64,000 nt of DNA from Psilocybe cubensis (taxonomy: Eukaryota): the NCBI GenBank assembly GCA_017499595.2, contig CM039009.1:372001-436000 (forward strand), read 5' to 3'. Within the stretch, counting starts at the first letter, position 1, and the number at the start of each line of letters is the position of its first letter. Below, piece after piece: positions 55,701 to 64,000 of the stretch. A program made the position numbers and the translations under genes. Under the pieces are notes generated by a model. It made no database searches and had not been told where the DNA came from. It was given only the letters and a program-made list of their open reading frames with translations.

Positions 55701-57584
55701 TTCTATTTCTGTTTTCAGGTCAAGTCTTCCGGTCATCTTCAGCCTGTTGGGCCTATGGCTCGTGTTATTCATCTTCTTCGCGATCTTATACATGGAAGTT
55801 TTCGGATTAACGAAATGGGGTGGAGCGGAGACGCCGACCACAAATTACTCTTCGTTGGGATCAGCACTTGTGATGCTTGCGTTCCAGAGTACTGGGTGTG
55901 TTGCCTTACTTCTTCACATTCCCATTGATATTAACATTTCTGGAACGTCAGCGAGGGATGGAACCAGTACATGCATGATTAGTAAGAGAATTTCTCTTCA
56001 CCCTGGGTCCACCCCAAACTTATTTTTGCATTTAGTGATCTAACTTACCCGCGATGCACTGAATCTCCAAATGAGTCTGAGTCGGATTGTGGAAGTACCG
56101 CATGGGCATTTACACTATTTATTGCCTGGAATCTGCTCAGCATGGTAAGCAGCCATTTTCCCAGCATTTGGACATGATGAATTGCTCATGCTCGTTAATT
56201 ACAGTACATCTTTGTCAACATGTTTACTGGTAAGTTTCTTGTATTTTCCTAAATCTAGCCGCGGTCTTCATAGACGTTTTCCTAGGTGTGGTCGTCGAGA
56301 ATTTCTCCTATGTGTTCCAGGCTTCGGGCAGCGGGTCTAAGTCAATCTCGAGAGAGCAAATGCGTTCATTCAAAAAGATATGGGGCGAATTTTCGAATCA
56401 GAAAACTGGTTACCTCGAGCGTCACCGTTTCGCAGCGTTTTTTCAGGTATGATACGTCAATTGTTTTCCAAATTGTCATGGCTTAGTTGAACCCCTGCAG
56501 AAACTCACTGGAGTGTTTGAAGTTCGCATCTACCCAGCCGAGTATAGCGTCCGGAATATACTCAGCGTCTGCAAAGATCCTTTAGACAAGAAAGCCTGGG
56601 GCTCTCGTGTGGTGGATGGTGTTGACCTCAACAAATTGGAATCAATCGTAGATGGCATTGACTACGCTGACGTGCGGAAGCGGAAGGCCATATACAGACG
56701 CCTCTACCATGAAGCCAGCATATCACACGAGCAAGGTCTAGGAATATCTTTTACTGACATGCTTACCCTTCTGGCACATCATAAATTGATTGTTGATGCA
56801 GAGGCATTGGTGTAAGTGACATCTCTTTCTTCTAGTTGACTTTGACTGACGTATTTTTGATAACCAGCTTACAAGACCTAGTTGTGCGGACAGAGACGAA
56901 CAAATTGGTCACTGATCTTGTCAACTTGGATCGTGTGCGCTCGCTGTTGAAGACAATCTCGTATCGGCGACGTTTTCTGGCGCATCTTGAGAGAAAACGG
57001 GCCGAGAAATATGAGCAAGGTTGGTCGTTCTCTACCCTGATTTTCTAAAGAAGACGTCTAATCGAATCCCTTTAGACATCCCTTCCATCGTGGTCGAAAC
57101 GATGCCAGGGACGCCCCCCATGTCGTCGCGTGATATCTCCAGTGCTGGATTTGGTGATCATTCATTCTCACCAGGAAGCCCGACACCTGTCCCCTTGAAT
57201 CCTCGATACAGTCATGCAGATTATTCTCTCGCGATGGACACATCGTCCGGACCGAAGCTGCAACGTAGCAGTCGCCGTGGAAGTGATTACAGCACATTCA
57301 CAGCCGACACCTTCAGGTCGCCGTATGTTTATCTCTACTTTTTAATTCAATTACCCGCGGGTTTAACTCATTTCTTTTTGCTCCTGTTCTATCTATCAGA
57401 CGAACATCTCTGGTTGATGATGATCCGCAAGATGTCGTAAATGCCATGCAGAGTTCAGTTTGGGGAGGTAAGAATCTAATCCATCAATCATGGGATTTTG
57501 AGAGACAATCGAGCTGATACTTCTTCCTACGCAGATCTTATGATGGAGGTTGCAGAAGAGGAAAAAGGCAACAAAGGCTTTTAA
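49737..57584 (+). CDS. CCH1: Four-repeat voltage-gated-like Ca2+ channel Cch1
   Basis: S4-like segments ([25 protein letters not shown]). Pore loops TANG|W, SSENW, SLEGW and STG|EGW give the N-E-E-E filter typical of Cch1. S6 motifs [17 protein letters not shown] and NMFTGVVVENF. Confidence 0.95.
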
Positions 57585-58001
57585 TTCTAATTTCTATTTT
57601 ATTCACTTTATCTATTGCTCGGACTCACGGAAGTAGACTCTACATACTCACGACGGTTTATTCTTTTTTTCCCTTTATCATCTTTATGGCTAGAGCATCT
57701 GTACCACTATCCCAGCACAAGCATCATCATTCGCTCATTCATTCTTCATATTGCTTTTTTATTGTAAACTATAATTTGATACCACCCCAGCATATGTACT
57801 TATCCATCCATGTTCGTATTAGTAGGATATTTGGACCCCGAAAATCATCTAGTGACTTACTCGTATGGGTCAATAATGGGATGTCCGTTTCTACCTGTGC
57901 TGCTGACAAATCCGTTCAGTTCCTCAAATCTTGACTGTATACCTGATTAAGCTTAACTACAATCTCTCATCTCTTACTATCCTAGACAACAGGCACATTG
58001 T

Positions 58002-61000
58002 ATGACTAGACCAACATCTCCACCTGCAGCGAAACGTATAAAGCTTGAAGAACGAACGCCGACTCATCTCGATGTGGAACCGAACGAGATCCAGGGAAAT
58101 GACTCCGAAGTTGCAGACATAAATGAAGATGACGCTGTCGAGGACGAAGAAGACGAGAACAACTGCAGTATATGCCTGCACTCCGTCGTGGACCGAACTG
58201 TGATACCCAAATGCTCACATGAATTCTGTTTCGAGTGTTTGCTGATGTGGGCAGGTAAGTCTTTTTCGAACTGAATGACGTCGAGCACTTGAGGCATGGA
58301 CACTGTACTGATTCCGTAACCACTATTTCAGAGCAATCTCGACGATGCCCACTTTGTTCGCAGGCTATAGGAGACTACCTCATACACTCTATCAGATCGC
58401 GGTATGATTATCGCAAACATTATCTATCTCCCTTACGGACATCACCTCCCCCTTCTCGTCCAGCCCAAGCTACCAATGCCGTTCTACGGACTACGAGGCA
58501 GAACGCTAGAAGAAGACGTGAACGCGAATGGGGAACGCGTGTAAGAGAACACGAGGAGTTTGATAAATTGGAGCGGTCTATCCTCAAGCGGAGATGGATA
58601 TACCAGCACGATTTATATGCCAAGGTGCGAGTGTATGCCAGCAATATGCATCCTCGAGAGACTTTACTTACATTCAGATATAGCATGTTGCATCAAATTC
58701 CTACACGAAATATCGCCCATATCCTACTCCCTCGCAGTTCTCGAACTCTCAAGAACTCATATCTCGCACCACGAGCTTTCTAAGGCGAGAACTCCAAGTC
58801 TGGGAGGGCCTTGACGTCGAAGTATGTCCTGAAATAACTTTTGACCTTTGCTTTTGGTGCCTTTTACTGATAATATATTAATGTGTCAGTTCCTTACGAA
58901 TCTTATCATCTCCTTAATGAAGGCAATCGACATACGTTCCGAATCCGCGGTGAAGTTAATTTCTGAGTTTCTGGACATGGATGAGCCATATACCCCGGGA
59001 GGAAGACACGTCAACGCTGAACATTTCGCACATGGCAAGTAATTTTTTCCTCGGAACAAAAAAGCCATATTGAAGCTCGTGGCTCTACAGAGGTGTATTG
59101 CTACGTCAGGTCTCCGTACCGAGACCTGTTCGTGTACGACACAGTGGTGCAGGTCAGCCATCGTGTGTCGTAATAATAAATAAAGTCAGTTCCTAATTGT
59201 TCTTTCAGTATGATTTACCTGCGGGTGTGCCTCCTCCGCCGGACCTTGAGAGAAGCCGCAGATGGCATCCTTCTTCACCCCCACGCTCAACTGCAGGCCC
59301 TTCCCAGGAGAATCGCACACAGCGCCTGCGCTCAAGGACCAGATCATCGGAGCGCGAGTGCTCCTGGTCTCCTTCTGGAAGACAATATCCTTCCACCAGA
59401 AATAGGATCACTTTCGATACACCCGGGGCGTCAGCGAGCAAATATGCAGAGCATGGTTCACATATCCGAACCAGAAATGTGAATCTCCAGGATAAAGGAC
59501 GTTCCAGTATTTCTGATGACGAGATCTCGCATGATGGCGCGAACGAGACATGGGAAAAAGATGTTCCAATTGCATCGTCTTCCAAGAGCACTGTATTTTC
59601 GTCAGCAGCATCATCCAGCAGAAATGTCAAGCATATGCCAATTGTTGGAGCGGACGATTATCGCACGAAGGGAAAGGGTAAAGCTGATGCGAAGGAATAT
59701 CCCAAGGCGGCGATCGAACTCGCTAATGACATATCCGAATCCGCCAACACCCCCGACGCCGAAGAAATAGACCAGGATCTAGGCCATGATCCTCCGGATG
59801 GAAAACATATGCCAAATGACGTTTTTGAGGATGTGGATCCAAAGCCCGTCCCCAGTCGCCCCACCAGAACGCGTGCGCTCAGGCCTCCTCGTAACAGCTC
59901 TTTACGCGATTCGGTAAAAGCACACCTCGCGAAGAACGCGGAAACTTGGACGGGCGCTGCAGATAGCACAAAGGTGCAGCCGACGCGTCAACCTTCAACC
60001 AATGAAACCGCTCCTCCTATGAGCGCCTCAACGGAATTCCCTCCCGCATCATTGGACCACACCGACATTCCCCCAGCTTCAAATACCCAGGCACAATCTC
60101 TGTCAGTTGAGCGCCAAGCGGGGACACGTTTTGTGGATATCTCGCGTGCTGATGCTCGGGGTTCAAACGCCAGCACGCGGGACACACGGGTGGGAATTGG
60201 TCATCCCAAAATCTCCGATCCATTCCGCTCTTCAACAGAAATTCCCCGCACCAACATTGTCAGCGATGCAATGAGTGCTAGGCTGCCAACAAATATTGTG
60301 CAGGAGGACTCAGTGGATCGTACATTAGAGCCCAACGCCAGGAATGACGCTGCAAATTCACCTCTCAAGGTTATCACTGATGTTCACGGAGAGTCTTCGT
60401 CATCAAATATCAACAGACCGCAGAATTCAAACCACGGTATGTGCGCAGCAGACACCATCTCATTGAATGCAGCGGTCCCATCATCAAAGTTCTCTCCCAA
60501 GATATCTGGTGGGCGTATCTCTCCGATGGCAAACACCAATCATGGCCGCCACTCCACCTGTGCTGTCGACGGATCCGTTCAGAGACTCGCATCGTCTGAC
60601 CACGCACAAAAAGTTCACCGCGATCATGACGTGCAGGCGGACCCTGAAATTCCCGGAATGGAATACATCCCCATTAGGAAAGACGGTTGTACAAACACCG
60701 ATTCGATCACACTCGTCAATCATTCGACAGTTCCACGCGCGATAAAAACAACGCGCACGAGGCTACTGGCTCGCTTGGAATTCGAGAAACAGCTGGCTGC
60801 TGGATGCCCGGGGATACAAGATGATACCGACCCTCGTGCTTTACGAGATGGGATGCCAGTGTCGTCGACTGCTGTTACTCCAGCTTCGTCATCGTTTGAC
60901 GCGTCTGCCGTGCACATGGACGCGCCCTTGGGGGACATAAGTGATGCTCCACACCGCCCTGACGCTAGTGCACAGAGTCTAAAGGATAATAGCTACGCGA

Positions 61001-61122
61001 ACACTGATCCGGGTCCCGAGCACCCCGAAGAAGAAGCCAACGTACGAGAAGCAAGACTGCGAGCACGCATTCAGCTGAGAGCTCGTCTTGCAGCAGAGAA
61101 ACGGAAGGCAAGTGGGTATTGA
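58002..61122 (+). CDS. C3HC4 RING-finger protein, putative E3 ubiquitin ligase (Topors/Psh1-like)
   Basis: CSICLHSVVDRTVIPKCSHEFCFECLLMWA|EQSRRCPLC. Conserved middle block (RRWIYQHDLYAK, FLRREL, EHFAHEVYCYVRSPY). Long disordered C-terminus. Confidence 0.85.
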
Positions 61123-62037
61123 GAAAAAAAGCGTATATCATCAGTAGAATAGATGAGAAATCGAAGCACCGTTTCTGATTATTCTTGTCCGTGATTTTGA
61201 TAGATGTATGCTTAGGCATGCAAATGTAGTATGTAGAAGAGAGATTGTTCATGAAATTTATAATACATACCTATGGGAAGCCATCCGTTCCATTCAAATA
61301 TATGACGAACGGTGGTAATAATTTGGAAAAATGTTCCGCGAGATCTCTGGGAGATTTGTTTTTCTTGGAAAACAATGAAAACGCTTCGCGATATAATTGG
61401 CGTTATTCACGCGTAAACTCTGGGGCAGGGAAGGATTGTGGTTTTCAATTATGGGGTACTAATAATCAACAATTTGAAGTAAATACTTTGGAAAGACGTA
61501 TATGTATGTCAATAGAAAAATAGTAGCGAACGCTGGTCTGGGATAATTATAATGGGTATATGTAAGGATTCCAAGATACAGCAAGAACAAAAGAGGGGGA
61601 AGCGATGACGAAAAGAAGGCGTGAAGCACAGAGGTCGATTGATTCGGTCTAGACACAGACGGAATGGGGTTCTCGCAAGAATATATTGCGACAATAGCGG
61701 GGCTTTAACGAAGGGCGGGGGAAATTATAATGTTTGTAGTGTTCCAGGGGTACGAAAGAACGTTTTAGGCAGGTTGAAAGGATAGTACTCGCGTAATGCG
61801 GGGCTGTAAGCCTGTAAAGAACGAATGAGACATCTTGTTTTAGGCAGCGTGATTTGTTTCGTTAATAGCGTGAGGGTTTCGAGAAAAAAGGGAAAAAAAA
61901 GACAGAAAGAAAAAGGAAAAGAAAAGGAAAAGAAGGTTGAAAAAAGAACACGAGAGGGGTTGAGCGTGTCAGGTCAGGACGAAAAGCATAGAATTAACAT
62001 TAGATTTTTTTCTGCGAGAGAGTGATGGATTACAGTT

Positions 62038-64000
62038 TCAGCGTTGGTCCTCTTGCGCAGGGGACACATCATTCCTATCGGCCCGTTCGTCAACAGGATG
62101 CGCGCCGCCGCCTCCCGTGGCCTGTGTAGGAGATACGGTAGGAGATACTGTAGGTGTCGAGAACGGCACATAAGTCGCACGAACAGGATCATAGCGGCCT
62201 GAGCGTGAGGGCGGGGTCGTGGTGGGCGGCATAGTTCGGGGCGAAGGCGAATGCAGATGCGCCGGGTGCTCGGCTAGATAATAAGTATCAGAAGAGCCGC
62301 TGCCTTCCGTCAGACTGCTCCCAATGTGTTCCCGGCGCAGGGCGACAGGTGACGTCGAGCGCCCCCGGGTCGAGCGCGAGTCGGGGCGGGACCACGCCGA
62401 CGAGCTGGGCCGCGGGACGTACGATGCCTCGTCCCATTGTGGCGACGGCTGAAGTGTGAATGGGGGCGGGAGTGTGATGGGCTGGCGCGGCGCGGGGGGT
62501 TCAGGGGGATGGTGCGCGAATCGAGGCTCGGGCGAAATCGACCGGTGGGGGATGAACGGGGGCCTCGATGGCGGCGGGAACACTTGGGCGCCGGGCGCGT
62601 GCATGCGTGGAGGCACATAGTGCGAGCTCGACGGGCGCGTCGATTCGAGCGGGGGCAGCGTGCGCGACGGGTCTCTCTCTCGCCAACTGCTCGGCTGGGA
62701 CGTCGCGGGGCGCACGTTGGGGAGCGGGTACATACGCGGAGAGCTATACGGCTGCGGGCTTAGGACTCGCGGGAGGCTATATCCAGCTTGATAACGCGAT
62801 TCTACGGGCATCGCAGTTGATATGGGCGGGGGCCTCACTTGCCGATAACTTTGGGGTGCGTATACCGGCGCGCCTGGCATGCCAGGACCGAGTAATCTAA
62901 TTGATGTATCTTCAGTGGTTGGCTGTTGCTGATGTTCAGGCGATGGGTTGCGAGCGTAGTGCGTGCGATCGTGCCCGCGCTCCTCGAAACCGCGATGGAC
63001 ATGCTACAATAAATTGAATACAATTAATTAAAACCGAACGCACATAGCAATAGATTAGGATCCTTTTCATTAAGGATGGCGCGATATGGAAGTGAGTTGC
63101 TCACCGATATAGTCTCCGCGGCATTGGGGAACGGCCCGTATTGGGGTGGTCGGGCAGTCGGGGTGTCGCTTTGACTGCGCGGTCGCCTTGCCTTCTGTCG
63201 TTGGTTCTGTAGATCGCGGCAACGGTTAATCTAAATAAAAATCCGCCCGGAAATTGAAGCGTATGTTTTTTCTCACCTGAAACCAGATCTGACAGACAGT
63301 TCGTCAGCTACGCGCATTAAATCCACGGCGGGGTAGGGGAGCATATCGGTGGTGTTTACTACTTACCTGGACTTTCCGAGCGCTGAGCCCGATAGAACGC
63401 CCGACTTCTTCTCTCATAGCGGTCGTAGGAAATCGTGACTTTTTTGCGTTTTAGTACCGAATGAGCGTGATAAAATTGATAAGGGAGCAATGAACAATCC
63501 GGACAAGAGTTAATTAGTTAAAGAAATTCCTTCGGAACATGATGCAGAAAGGGCTGTCAAACAACCCCCCCGCGACGGGACACACATACCTGGGCAAGCA
63601 GCGCGTGCAATACTGCAGACTGGTGCGGCGTCGTTAAGGTGCGTGTTCGTTTCTTCTTAGGGGGTACAGAGGCCTGTGGGAGGGGCTCGGGGCGGTGGAG
63701 TTGACCGAGGTCCATCTCGTTGTCGGCGTCGTCATCTTGGGAGTCTGACGACGGGCTGGAGTGGTCGTCGGGCCTGCCAAGCGGGGCAGGTGAATCTCTG
63801 CGCATGCGTTTCGCCATGGGTTGGTCGGGGGAGTGTTCCGTGGATCGGGATCGATGTCTTCTGCGTGGGGTTGTGGAGCTGGTGCTGGCTGTAGCGGTGC
63901 TGGTGCTGGGGACGGCGAAGGAGGTATTGCTGGGTGTGTAGGCGGTGTGTGCGGTGGTGTGGGGGCTACTGCGAGCAGGACTCGATTGGGGGGCTCCCTG
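62038..64000 (-). CDS. Homeodomain transcription factor (5' end lies beyond the window)
   Basis: KKKRTRTLTTPHQSAVLHALLAQ|SRFPTTAMREEVGRSIGLSARKVQ|IWFQ|NQRQKARR, Pro-rich C-terminus. Frame stays open to position 64000. Confidence 0.88.

Noticed and set aside
62038-64000. Mating-type HD locus
   Set aside because: Only one homeobox gene is visible, with no divergent HD1/HD2 partner or MIP gene in the window.

Overview
Intron-rich, gene-dense eukaryotic DNA, inferred to be from an agaricomycete (mushroom-forming) fungus, with ~50-70 nt GT-AG introns. Housekeeping genes: mitochondrial EF-G (MEF1), MET22/HAL2, Nup84/Nup107, tRNA-Gly(TCC), epsin, BUD32, the Ca2+ channel CCH1, a RING E3 ligase and a homeobox gene running off the right edge. 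The main accessory locus is an apparently intact hispidin-synthase-type NRPS-PKS hybrid (A-ACP-KS-AT-ACP, no DH/KR/TE), tail-to-tail with a CYP63-like P450. It is flanked by 3.5-4.4 kb gene-empty stretches, and no luciferase or H3H gene is recognisable. Three transposon insertions have visible ends. A 778-bp TIR element with an 8-bp TSD splits a membrane-protein paralog, a 5'-truncated RNase H-bearing Tad1-like LINE keeps a folded 3' UTR, and a 770-bp hAT-like MITE lies upstream of the PKS. A ~200-nt intergenic segment folds into a nested pseudoknot of unknown function. Gene ends and splice junctions were read by eye. Family assignments rest on recognised motifs, not database searches.
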